Shown here piece after piece: positions 36,676-49,804 of a stretch of DNA of 64,000 nt (its first letter is position 1; the number at the start of each line of letters is the position of its first letter). This stretch comes from Eledone cirrhosa. Taxonomy: Eukaryota. The stretch spans positions 290,160,001 to 290,224,000 of the forward strand of contig OZ024742.1 of assembly GCA_964016885.1 (NCBI GenBank), in the 5' to 3' direction. Made by a program: the position numbers and the translations under genes. Below the pieces are notes generated by a model. It had not been told where the DNA came from, ran no database searches, and worked only from the letters and a program-made list of their open reading frames with translations.

Positions 36676-36880
36676 ATCATCATCATCATCATCATCAACG
36701 TTTAACGTCCTCGTTCCACGCTTGCATGGGTTTGGACGGGGGTATTCCCACTTGAGGCAAGAGTGATTGTCTTGCTCGCATAGGACTGTCTGGCAGGTTT
36801 TCTACAGTTGGATGCCCTTCCTAACACCAACCATATTTACAGTGTTGTACTGGGAGGTTTTTACCGTGTTGCCTACACGT
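36676..36880 (-). mobile_element. RTE LINE 3' UTR fragment with (GAT)n tail
   Basis: (CAT)n-AACGTTTAACGTCC.. is homologous to 38860-39050, which adjoins an RTE ORF end. Confidence 0.7.
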
Positions 36881-36901
36881 GTATATATATATGTATATAT
36901 A

Positions 36902-36934
<33 letters not shown>

Positions 36935-37029
36935 GTGTATATATATGTATGTGTATGTATATTTTTATATATATATATATATATATGTGTGTATGTATAT
37001 ATATGTATATATATGTATATATGTATGTG

Positions 37030-37074
<45 letters not shown>

Positions 37075-37075
37075 G

Positions 37076-37120
<45 letters not shown>

Positions 37121-37167
37121 GTATGTATATATATATATATATATATATATACGTATATATGTATGTG

Positions 37168-37211
<44 letters not shown>

Positions 37212-37237
37212 CTTATATATATGTATATATATACTTA

Positions 37238-37274
<37 letters not shown>

Positions 37275-37885
37275 ATGTGTATGTGGGTGTATCTATGGGT
37301 GCGCGTGAGTGTGTGAGTGAGTGTGTTTTGTAAATGTGTCTGTTGAGTTTGGCATATAGTTGAATGGTTTAAAAGAAATTTGAGGACAATAGTAAGATAT
37401 GCACTCAATATTTTGAATTTGTCTACAGAATTCTCTAAACCTTTGTCACTTAGTAAAAGAATTTAGCTTTTAAAGAATCTCCCTTTCCTTTAAATCTAAC
37501 TACCATGACTGACCCCCACTGATTTTATAGACACCTGTTAGCTTAATAAGGGTTGGCATGCCATCCTGAACCTGTTTATAGAATTCTTTCTGCCCTTGTT
37601 ACTCTAAAAATATAAAATAAAAATAAACTATAGCTTTGTAGAATTAGGTTTTAATGAATTCTATCAACCAATGACCTACACCCATCCCACTCCCCAGCCT
37701 CTCCTACCACTTGTAGAGACCTATATATACCATCATTATTTTTTGATACCCAGATTCCTGATGATTTCTAAAGAATGAAACAGTTCTAGTCCTGTAGAAT
37801 CTCATCTATATTAAAACTTTTATACTCTGCTATGTATTGAGTACCTTACTTACTGTGGTTACCTCCGATTCAACCCGGAATAACG
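37275..37885 (+). mobile_element. Non-coding HHR island, family J
   Basis: Unique island between TA/TG tracts with an HHR at 37752-37802, ending ~85 nt after it. Confidence 0.65.
37752..37802 (+). ncRNA. Hammerhead motif, family J
   Basis: AGATTC-CTGATGA-TTTC TAAA GAAT-GAAA-CAG TTCTAGTC CTG-TA-GAATCT. Confidence 0.8.
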
Positions 37886-38415
37886 TATATATATACATAT
37901 ATATATACATATACACATATATATACATATACACATATATATACATATACACATATATATACATATACACATATATATACATATACACATATATATATAT
38001 ATACATATACATATACATATATATATACATATATATATACATATATATATACATATATATACATATATATATACATACATATATACATATATATATACAT
38101 ATGTATATACATATATATACATATGTATATACATATATATACATATGTATATACATATATATACACATATATATACATATGTATATACATATATATACAT
38201 ATATATATACATATATATACATATATATATACATATATATACATATATATATACATATATATATACATACATATATACATATATATATACATACATATAT
38301 ATACATATATATATACATACATATATATACATATATATATATACATATATATACATATACATATACATATATATATACATATATATATACATATATATAT
38401 ACATATATATATACA

Positions 38416-38835
38416 TAATATATAAGAACAAGAGATGGTTAAAGGAGTTTCATGTATTTTATTATGCGCATTTCAAAAACAAATATCATCATGCAATAAT
38501 ATTTGTGTTTTCATCAGGTAAAACAGGAGGACATGATATGAAGGCTAAAAAACACTTGTGGATAGTTCAGTTTTAAATCAACATATGTTGATTTAAACTG
38601 AACTATCCACATTTTTTTTAGCCTTCATATCATGTCCTCCTGTTTTATCTGATGAAAACACAAATATTATTGCATGATGAGATTTGTTTTTGAAATGCGC
38701 ATAATAAAATACATGGAACTCCTTTAACCATCTCTTGTTCTTATAGATTATGTATACTCCAGTCCTACAAATTGTAGAGTGCTTCTTATCCGATATCTGC
38801 ATTGCTTTATTGTACTACAATAAAACTCACCTCCT
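38416..38835. mobile_element. Fold-back HHR element, family K (palindrome centre 38584/38585; right tail ~38746-38835)
   Basis: TTTAAATCAACAT|ATGTTGATTTAAA with ~165-bp arms that differ by SNPs. TA flanks. Confidence 0.85.
38642..38710 (+). ncRNA. Hammerhead motif, family K (mirror copy ~38456-38525 on minus)
   Basis: GTTTTAT-CTGATGA-AAACACAAAT..ATTTGTTTTT-GAAA-TGCGCA-TA-ATAAAAT. Confidence 0.8.
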
Positions 38836-38859
38836 ACATATATATATACATATATATGT

Positions 38860-39731
38860 ACATCATCATGAACGTTTAACGTCCGTGTTCCACGCTTGCA
38901 TGGGTATGGACGGGTGTTTTCCCACTTGAGGCAAGAGTGATTATCTTGCTCGCATAGGACTATCTGGCCGGTTTTCTACAGCTGGATGCCCTTCCTAACA
39001 CCAACCATTTACAGTGTGGAGCTGGGAGGTTTTTACCGTGTTGCCTACACGTCCACATTACAGCGTGGACTGTCTGGCGGGTTTTCTACAGCTGGATGTC
39101 CTCCCTAACACCAACCACATTTACAGTGTGGGGCTGGGAGGTTTTTACCGTGTTGCCTACACGGCCACATTACAGCGTGAACTGTGTTTTTTTACGTGAC
39201 ACCTACACGGTCTCATTTGTTTCGGCCTGGATGTTGTGGCACCAACATAACTTTACATTGAAAGGGGCGGTGTGGATGGGGTGGGGGTGGGGGTGGGGGA
39301 GTGTGGGGGGGGTGTGTATTTTGTTAGAGATGCCTACTGACTGTAGTAGGTTTTACTTTGTATTTAGGTAAGGCGGGTCTTCTCTATTACTGAGTACCGC
39401 CAAAGGTCTCGGTCCAGTGACATTGTATTGGTGAGGTGTAAGTGTGTGAGGTCGGAATTTATCAGTTCGTCCCAGGTTTTTCTGGGTCTGCCTATTTCGT
39501 GGCTACCGTCTATCTTTATTGCCCTGCACTTTGTTATACAGCTATCGTCTTTCATGCGCATCACGTGACCATACCAACGTAGCCTTCTCTCGAGTAAACA
39601 ACATCTGATCCCTCTTATTTCTAATTTTTTCCTTAGTTCGTTTATGCTTTGCCGTTCACGTATATTACTATTACACATCCAGCGGAGCATGCAAGCTTCG
39701 TTCCTCTCTAGTCTGCGTATATCCTCTGCAC

Positions 39732-39733
<2 letters not shown>
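38860..39733 (-). mobile_element. RTE-clade LINE 3' end (ORF end 39364-39733, 3' UTR with a ~110-bp tandem duplication)
   Basis: RLERNEACMLRWMC..RRLRWYGHVMR..GRPRKTW. Confidence 0.85.
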
Positions 39734-39784
<51 letters not shown>

Positions 39785-39979
39785 TGTAACGTTTTTCGAA
39801 ATATTTGCTTCAGTGTTCACAGATTGATTTTTTAAATTTTAGTTAAGGGTGAAAGCAGCGATTCTTTGCTTAAACTTTAATCTGTTATTTTAATATATAT
39901 ATATAACCCATATATGTAACCCATTTATAACCCACATATAACCCATTTGCAACCACACAGCACGTCTTGTTTTCATATT

Positions 39980-40037
<58 letters not shown>

Positions 40038-40222
40038 TATATTCGTGTACAGATATTTTTGCATATACAATAACAAAATATAAACAAAATATTTATTTCG
40101 CGATAAAGTATTGATTTTCTTCGCACGGAAAAAACCCCTGGTAATCTACAACAAATTTTTTTTATAAGCACAAAATGTAGACACCATCCCGAGGCCGAGG
40201 TATTCCGTACTTCTCTGTACTG

Positions 40223-40290
<68 letters not shown>

Positions 40291-40295
<5 letters not shown>

Positions 40296-40441
40296 TATAT
40301 TCGTGTACAGATATTTTTGCATACACAATAACAAAATATAAACAAACGTATTTATTTTACGAGGCTCGATAAGGATAAATATATATCAAATATATAAGAA
40401 CTCTAGAGCAAATCCCGAGCAACACCGGGCCATTCTGCTAG
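40291..40441 (+). mobile_element. Helitron-like 3' end
   Basis: CCCGAGCAACACCGGG hairpin followed by CCATTCTGCTAG|T. 40291-40346 repeats 40033-40088. Confidence 0.55.
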
Positions 40442-40649
40442 TTGTATATAAACTGCATTAGGAGAAAATTAGTGACAGAAATATATGAATGTTTATTTTA
40501 GCGATCGCTAAACGGAAATGTTGACATTTGAAAATTTTAAAGAAGTGAATCTTTAAATGAACAATAAATTATATTTAATACACAGCTACGAAATTTAGTA
40601 GATAAATTATGTAATATTCATTCATTATTTATTCAGCATAGTTACGTCC

Positions 40650-40780
40650 CTTTACGATCTGAGTTCAAATCTCGCCGAGGTTAACTTTGCCTTTCATCCT
40701 TACGGGGTCGATAAAATAAAGTACCAGTAATGCACTGGGTAATTGCTGGCCTTGTGCCTAAAGTAGTAACAATTATTTAT
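40650..40780 (+). mobile_element. tRNA-derived SINE fragment (B-box plus Meta-like central domain)
   Basis: GAGTTCAAATCTCGCC B-box, then CTTTGCCTTTCATCCTTACGGGGTCGATAAAATAAAGTACCAG and GCTGGCCTTGTGCC. Confidence 0.7.
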
Positions 40781-41216
40781 TCAAATAAATCCAACTTATT
40801 TTACTAATGGGATAAAAAAAAAAGTATAAACCGTACGGAGTCCCGCACTCCTTACTTTATTATAGTTTAGATTTACAATTTGTGTGCAGGGTATTACTTG
40901 GCTGTGAGGGAGGCGGTGGTCCAATAAGTTAGAGGGTTGTCACGTTCTGAGACTAGAGAGATAATATGACTATATCTAGCTCATTAGTTCTATTTTGGCA
41001 TAGTTTCTTCAGCTCCGGGGGCGGTGGAAGCATTTCTAAATTGAAGGGGTGGGGGAATTCGATCAATTTAGTTGTAGTGATTAGTTTAGCTGTTACTAGA
41101 CTATTCATGAACCGTTGGGTCACGTTCACTTAAACATATTTTTTTTAAAAATCATATTCATTTAAAAATAATTAAAATATATAGAGATATATATGATGCT
41201 AAATGAAATTGAAGGC

Positions 41217-41408
<192 letters not shown>

Positions 41409-42044
41409 GCAAAGTTTTATTTAAATTGTTGGGTTACAACGAGTAAATATTTATAACTGATATAAAAGCACTCAACAAGTATTTGGAGTATATTTACGAT
41501 ATTAAATAAATGGAAACTATATTTATAAAACCATATTTATTTCATTATATATATTTCAGTGATATCATATTAAAAATATGGTATGCCTTCATCAGACAAA
41601 ATACAATATAAACAGTCTTATAAATAGATAGATTTGACATACCTTACAACTTCAACTTCCATTTAAAAAGTTGATTTGGTAGTGAAAAATGTTAGGGACA
41701 GTTATAAAAAAAGAAAGAAAGAAAGAAAGAAAGCGAAGAAAAAGAAGAAATGTATCTCTCTATATCTATCTCTCTCTGTTTTTCGTTGCATGCATTTCTT
41801 CTTTTTCTTCGCATTCTTTCTTTCTTTCTTTTTTTATAACTGTCCCTAACATTTTTCACTACCAAATCAGCTTTTTAAATGGAAGTTGAAGTTGTAAGGT
41901 ATGTCAAATCTATCTATTTATAAGACTGTTTATATTGTATTTTGTCTGATGAAGGCATACCATATTTTTAATATGATATCCCTGAAATATATATAATGAA
42001 ATAAATATGGTTTTATAAATATAGTTTCCATTTATTTAATATCG

Positions 42045-42045
<1 letters not shown>
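41409..42045. mobile_element. Short fold-back of the PLE family G pLTR (no ORF)
   Basis: 41409-41740 is homologous to the reverse complement of ~18960-19320. ~41785-42045 is the inverted arm. HHRs (CUGAUGA) at 41538-41603 (-) and 41938-42003 (+). Confidence 0.88.
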
Positions 42046-42111
<66 letters not shown>

Positions 42112-42200
42112 GTATGTATATATATATATGTATGTATATATATATATGTATGTATATATATATATGTATATATATATATATGTATATATATATATGTATG

Positions 42201-42245
<45 letters not shown>

Positions 42246-42276
42246 GTATGTATATATATATATGTATATATGTATG

Positions 42277-42313
<37 letters not shown>

Positions 42314-42314
42314 G

Positions 42315-42345
<31 letters not shown>

Positions 42346-42357
42346 GTATATATGTAT

Positions 42358-42397
<40 letters not shown>

Positions 42398-42444
42398 GTA
42401 TATATGTATATATATATATATGTATATATATATATGTATATATG

Positions 42445-42491
<47 letters not shown>

Positions 42492-42560
42492 GTATATATG
42501 TATATATATATATATGTATATATATGTATATATATGTATATATATATATGTATATATATG

Positions 42561-42607
<47 letters not shown>

Positions 42608-42612
42608 GTATA

Positions 42613-42664
<52 letters not shown>

Positions 42665-42676
42665 TGTATATATATG

Positions 42677-42744
<68 letters not shown>

Positions 42745-42748
42745 TATA

Positions 42749-44185
42749 AAAGACTTAAAATAAGAAAATATTTTTTTAAAATTTTTTAAAAAATTTTTTT
42801 ACTTACTTACTTAAATTTTCACTCCAACTAATTAGTTTCTGCAATGGGATAAAGACAGTTACATAATCCAACTGTCGAGAATTCATTGCGTCATCAGGGA
42901 GTCTATTCTCAGCTGAGCCTCCAGGCAATGCGCGGACACTAGCGGCTCATATAAAAATAATAATTCGGTAGAAAGAACAGCTAGGCGAGGACTGGATTCT
43001 ATGTACTGAAATTCTCACTGCTTCCAGTCAAATGTCCGATTCTAAAGAATCAATCACGTGACATAGAGGCTAGTTAGAAGGAATGGGATGGTAAGATGAC
43101 TGACGCCTACTAACACCCCAAAAAAAATTTTGAAGTGGTTTTGGCAGGTTTGCTCGACAAATCAGTGATTTGGAGATAAATATAGATAATTTAATATATC
43201 AACTAACATAGGCGCACAGATGCACGTCCATGCCAGCAAATACACAGGTTATGTCATAGTACCTAGGTGGTTCAATGCAGGAGGGTGCAGAACAATAATA
43301 TAAAAGACGTAAAATAAGAAAATATTTTTTTAAAATTTTTTAAAAAATTTTTTTACTTACTTAAATTTTCACTCCAACTAATTAGTTTCTGCAATGGGAT
43401 AAAGACAGTTACATAATCCAACTGTCGAGAATTCATTGCGTCATCAGGGAGTCTATTCTCAGCTGAGCCTCCAGGCAATGCGCGGACACTAGCGGCTCAT
43501 ATAAAAATACTTTTATATTATTGTTCTGCACCCTCCTGCATTGAACCACCTAGGTACTATGACATAACCTGTGTATTTGCTGGCATGGACGTGCATCTGT
43601 GCGCCTATGTTAGTTGATATATTAAATTATCTATATTTATCTCCAAATCACTGATTTGTCGAGCAAACCTGCCAAAACCACTTCAAAATTTTTTTTGGGG
43701 TGTTAGTAGGCGTCAGTCATCTTACCATCCCATTCCTTCTAACTAGCCTCTATGTCACGTGATTGATTCTTTAGAATCGGACATTTGACTGGAAGCAGTG
43801 AGAATTTCAGTACATAGAATCCAGTCCTCGCCTAGCTGTTCTTTCTACCGAATTATTATTTTTATATGAGCCGCTAGTGTCCGCGCATTGCCTGGAGGCT
43901 CAGCTGAGAATAGACTCCCTGATGACGCAATGAATTCTCGACAGTTGGATTATGTAACTGTCTTTATCCCATTGCAGAAACTAATTAGTTGGAGTGAAAA
44001 TTTAAGTAAGTAAGTAAAAAAATTTTTTTAAAAATTTTTTTAAAATATTTTCTTATTTTACGTCTTTTATATTATTGTTCTGCACCCTCCTGCATTGAAC
44101 CACCTAGGTACTATGACATAACCTGTGTATTTGCTGGCATGGACGTGCATCTGTGCGCCTATGTTAGTTGATATATTAAATTATC

Positions 44186-44190
<5 letters not shown>
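42749..44190. mobile_element. Tandem-plus-inverted HHR element, family L (~550-bp unit)
   Basis: Minus: unit 42749-43302 plus partial 43303-43509. Plus: unit 43510-44063 plus partial 44064-44190. Three HHRs. Confidence 0.88.
43914..43995 (+). ncRNA. Hammerhead motif, family L (minus copies 42821-42902 and 43371-43452)
   Basis: ACTCC-CTGATGA-C GCAATG..GACAGTT..AACTGTC..CATTGC A-GAAA-CTAATTAG-TT-GGAGT. Confidence 0.85.
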
Positions 44191-44258
<68 letters not shown>

Positions 44259-44301
44259 GTATATATATATGTATGTATTTATATGTATATATATATGTAT
44301 G

Positions 44302-44350
<49 letters not shown>

Positions 44351-44351
44351 G

Positions 44352-45335
<984 letters not shown>

Positions 45336-45339
45336 TCCG

Positions 45340-45814
45340 ACAGTGGAAACACGTGCGTAGAGAGAGAGTGAGAGTGAAAGAAAGAGACAGACTACGAGAG
45401 GGGGATAGCGGGAGGGAGAGAGTGAGAGAGAGAGAGTGAATAGACGCTAAAACACGTGCTACAGAAACATTACCTTCCCCTCTCCACTAACTTTGGTCAC
45501 TGAGGCCGAGGGAATCGCGCTGAGCGCGTCATAATGACGTAATGCAGACAGCCAGACGTACAGACAGATATTATAAGGGCGCAACGTTATATCTATGTAT
45601 CTATCTAAAAAGAAAGACTAAGAATTATATAGAGAGAACGCTAAATCGCCTAATGCGGTCCCTAGGGCATTGAAAATTTGAAATAATTTTTGCTCAAAAC
45701 ACTCACAGGACCATAAGTATTACATGTCTAAAGTTTGAAAACAATCGGTTGGATGGTTCTCAAGTTTTAGTGAGCTGACAGACAGACAGACATTCTCTGT
45801 TTTAGATATATAGA
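45340..45814 (-). mobile_element. Helitron-like non-autonomous element 5' part (left arm of an inverted pair)
   Basis: Reverse complement starts TCTATATATCTAAAACAGAGAATGTCTGTCTG and is homologous to 45851-46140. Confidence 0.55.
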
Positions 45815-45850
45815 CTAGCAGAAAACCGCCCCCGGGTGGTTTTCTGCTAG

Positions 45851-46763
45851 TCTATATATATAAAACTGAGGATGTCTGTCTGTGTGCGTGTGAGTTCGAA
45901 TCCCTAAAACTCGAGAACCACCAAACTGACTGTTTTCAAACTTTACACATGTAATACTTGTTTCAGGGAGTGTTCTGAGCAAAAAGAAAATTCAAATTTT
46001 CAATGCCCTAGGGACCGCATTAGGCGATTTAGCGATCTCTCTCTATAATTCTTAGTCTTTCTCTTTTTAGATAGATACATACATATAACGTCGCGCCCTT
46101 ATAATATCTGTCTGTATGTCTGACTATCTGAATTACGTCACTTCCCTGATGATGTCTGTCTGTCTCTGTGTGTGCCTGTGAGTTTGAATCCTTAAAACTC
46201 GAGAAGTACCCAACCGCTTTTTTTCAAACTTTACATGTGTATTACTTGTTTCAAGGAGTGTTATGCACATTAAAAAAATCAACTTTTTTATCTCCTAGGG
46301 CCCACATTAGGTGAAAAACTGCGTTTTTAAAGATTTTTTGGGGTTTTTTGAGGCCTTACGTCAGACCGATTTCCTTGAAATTGTAACTATGTATTAGTCA
46401 GTCTCTTCATACCGTAAGCAAAGAAAATCCAACTTTCTTATGGCCCAGGGCCCGCATTAGGTGAAAAACTTCATTTTTTCAGCCTTTTAGGGCTTTTTTG
46501 AGGCGTTAAATCTAGCCGATTTTCCCGAAATTTCAAGGCATGTTATGCACATAAAAAAATTCATTTTCTTGATCCCCCAGGGCCCGCATTAGGTGAAAAC
46601 CTGCATTTTTCCTGCTTCATCAAGGAAAATTATCCAGCCATCAGAGTATTTGGTTTATTTTCTTTACATATTGTCCAGGCATGCAGTTTTTCCATGATTA
46701 GGTCTGTTGGCGGCCCGCGTTCCAAAATACCTTATCCCGTTCAACACCGGGTACCACTGGTAG
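45851..46763 (+). mobile_element. Helitron-like non-autonomous element
   Basis: 5' TCTATATATATAAAA start, (GTCT)n, internal ~140-bp subrepeats (GGGCCCGCATTAGGTGAAAA), and a 3' CCCGTTCAACACCGGG hairpin with a degenerate GTAG|T end. Confidence 0.6.
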
Positions 46764-46862
46764 TTATATATAAATATAGTAAAATAAAAAATATATAATA
46801 TTTATTTATACATAGTATATATTATATTATTATTATATATCAATTAACGATTTTATTTATTA

Positions 46863-46892
46863 CTAGCAAAAGAGCCAGTCGTTGCCGAGCAC
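46863..46892 (-). mobile_element. Helitron-like 3' end on minus strand
   Basis: Reverse complement reads GCTCGGCAACGACTGGCTCTTTTGCTAG|T. Confidence 0.4.
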
Positions 46893-47639
46893 ACCTTTCG
46901 CCACTGTAAATAAAGACCCCCTTTCTCTTCAACATAGCGGTCTTTAAATAGCCCCAAATAACCTATGTAGCATCAGTACACCTTTCACTCTATCTTTCTC
47001 CTGGCCCTTACTGGCTTACCTCCTCAGCCACCGAAACAGCCAGACAGCCAGCCATGCCTGCCTGACAGATTGACCACTACTACTAAGACAACAGTGTATA
47101 CTGAGAATAGGCACACACACATAGTAAGTTCATATTGTTTATATTATACTCTCATCCTATTCTTCCTGTAATATTGTATCTGCAAGACACAACACAACTT
47201 TTACATCATCGACTTCTGAGATACACATGTTAGCTTGTAGCAGCTAACAATTTAATGTACGGATATTTTCATGTCATAAATTTTATTACTCAATGTTCAA
47301 ATCGAATATTGTTATTATAAAATAAACGTTGTTAACAACTCAATCATGGCATTATTCTTTTCATCAAAAACAACCACACAAAGAATACAACATATCCGTT
47401 ATATATATATTATTTACAATTTGCATGTAGGCAGGTCTCTCTGGAAATAGGGGTAGGGGTGTTAAGGGTATTATGTGGTCGTGAGGAGGACGGTGGCCCA
47501 AAAAGTTTGAGAACCTCTGTGCTAGAGAATGGGCCGTACGTGGTGATAGAGATACGACCAACAGTGGTAAACTACTAGGGGAGATGGAACAATGGACGAC
47601 ACATTTAGTTCTCAAGAAAACTCTCACAACCCTGAAATG

Positions 47640-49150
47640 TATGTAGCTTTGATAAAGCGAGTAAAGGCCACCTCTAAAAAAGCCTAGTCTTTGCTAGTCT
47701 GAGAAAGTACCAGATTGGTGACTGGCACGAATAAGACTACTAAACTGCAATATGGTGAGGGGTTACAGAAAGCATTCTTCTTCATGTGGGTTAACAAGGG
47801 ATGCATTCAGGCCTTAGGTAAAGGGGCCTATTTGAAAAATACATTGCAACCTCCATTTCATACTGTAAATACTGGCGATAGGTCTGGATGCATGGAGATT
47901 GCGTAAACCGAGACCTGAAAAAGGGTTCGGAAAGGAACAAATTTTGACAATAAGGAACCTGGAACATCATAACCCTTACAGGTAAGGAGCAGTGACTAGT
48001 GGAGGAGGTTAGATGCTACCAGCTAGATATAGTTGGGGTTTCATCAACAGAGTTCTGTGGCTTTGGTACTATAGATTTGGATGGAGGATAGAAACTTGAC
48101 TATTCAGAACTGGGAGGGGGATAGGGGAGCGTGCCTCCCTCCAATAATTATATTTTTTTCCCCAAACTACCAAAACACACATCTATTTGTATATACGCTA
48201 CAATTTATGTACATATTATGTTTATCGCATATCAAAGTTTTTTTAATATCTTGGTTGTTATTTAATAATAACACTGTAATATATTATGTTAACTTTCATA
48301 GTAAATTTTTTTGTCATGTCATAACTTTCTCTGCATATCACTATTTGTCAATAGCTAGTATGTGTATTCAGAGACAGATTTCATAGGTCATTTTGCTATA
48401 ATCACTTTATAATTATTGATAGCTGTAAATATAATATGGCCTGCTTGGATTCAAATTACATTTTCTAACCATTTTAGAGTGTAAAGAGCTAAACTAATCA
48501 CCACAACTAAATTGACCAAATTTACATTGCGGCAGGTTTTTGAAAAGTCATGGGAATACACCCAAGAGGTGCATTCTTGCTTTGTAGACCTCAAAAAGGC
48601 AAATGACCACGTTCCACTGTGGAAAGTTCTCCAGTAATATGGGATTGATGGTCAGCTTCTAGTTGCTCCGATATCTCTATACAAATGCCCAAGTATTTGT
48701 GTTTGGATAAATAGTGTTAAATCAAAACTATTCAATGTGGGAGTTGGACTCTGCCAAAGGTACATATCACCTCTCCTGTTCATTATTTTTATAAACAGAA
48801 TTGACAGCTGAGTTAGAAGTGATATTATAACTGGTTGGTATAGAATTAGTGGGCTGGAATTTGCTGATGATATCGTATTACCTAACTTGTCAGAAGGTAA
48901 TATCCAACATGCACTTGATAGGTTTGATGCCGAGTGCTACATAGCTGAAATGAAAGTCAGTGCTGCAAAGACTGAGACACTTGCCCTTTCAAGGAAGCCA
49001 ATGCAGTGTACTCTACGTGTGAATGGAGTTCCACTGAAGCAGTGGAAAAGTTCAAGTATAACGGGGCCGTGTTTAAGAGTGATAAAAGGTAGAAAGCTGT
49101 GTCAAGTTAAAAAATTGTAGATGGTGCAGTAATGTGCCAGCTTCAGTATT
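47640..49150 (+). pseudogene. Highly degenerate RTE (Expander-like) LINE fragments
   Basis: GTWNIITLTGKE..YQLDIVGVS (APE start, ~47955-48090); FEKSWEY..CFVDLKKA, SPLLFIIF, EFADDIV (RT, 48530-49000). Confidence 0.7.
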
Positions 49151-49804
49151 CTCCCTGTAGGGGACTTCTGGTGTCCTTGGCCTCGGCCAACTCCCCACAC
49201 TACAAACGTATAAACCGTAAACATTAAATCTATAGACCTATTAATACCAATCATTAGACATATAGACCTATAAACCCTGAACATCAAACATATAGATATC
49301 CCCCCTCCCCCGTGTCCCAGACCAGACATTAGATATGGCATTTATCAATCTGGTCATTCCGTATTTCATAAAACCGTGTCAGTGCATATATAAATCAATA
49401 CTACATTTTGTCTTTTTTGGTCATTAAAAACACAACACATACACGCATACATACATACATACATGATGGCTGCCCCCTCGTTATCGGATATGCCATTGCA
49501 CGATAAAAAAAATACACATATACATATGCATACATACACACACACACATCATACATATACATTAATAATTAACCGTGCTGCGATCGAATATGGCTTTTTA
49601 GCCCAGCCAATGATCTAAAATGTCTTGCACAGAATTGGCAACCAAAATAAAAACATTAACTGGCAATAGCCGGCTGTGGCTGGTCGTCATGTACTTTGGG
49701 ATGTCGTTTGAACCCTCCTGCTGATCTACACTCTCTACCACATGTTTGACAGGTATGATGAGTAGCATCTCCGACAGCAGCCTGGTAGTCAACCATGTAC
49801 ATGT

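Noticed and set aside
47497-47525. hAT-like TIR (minus CAGAGGTTCTCAAACTTTTT)
   Set aside because: No partner TIR or TSD was found, so it is too little to annotate.
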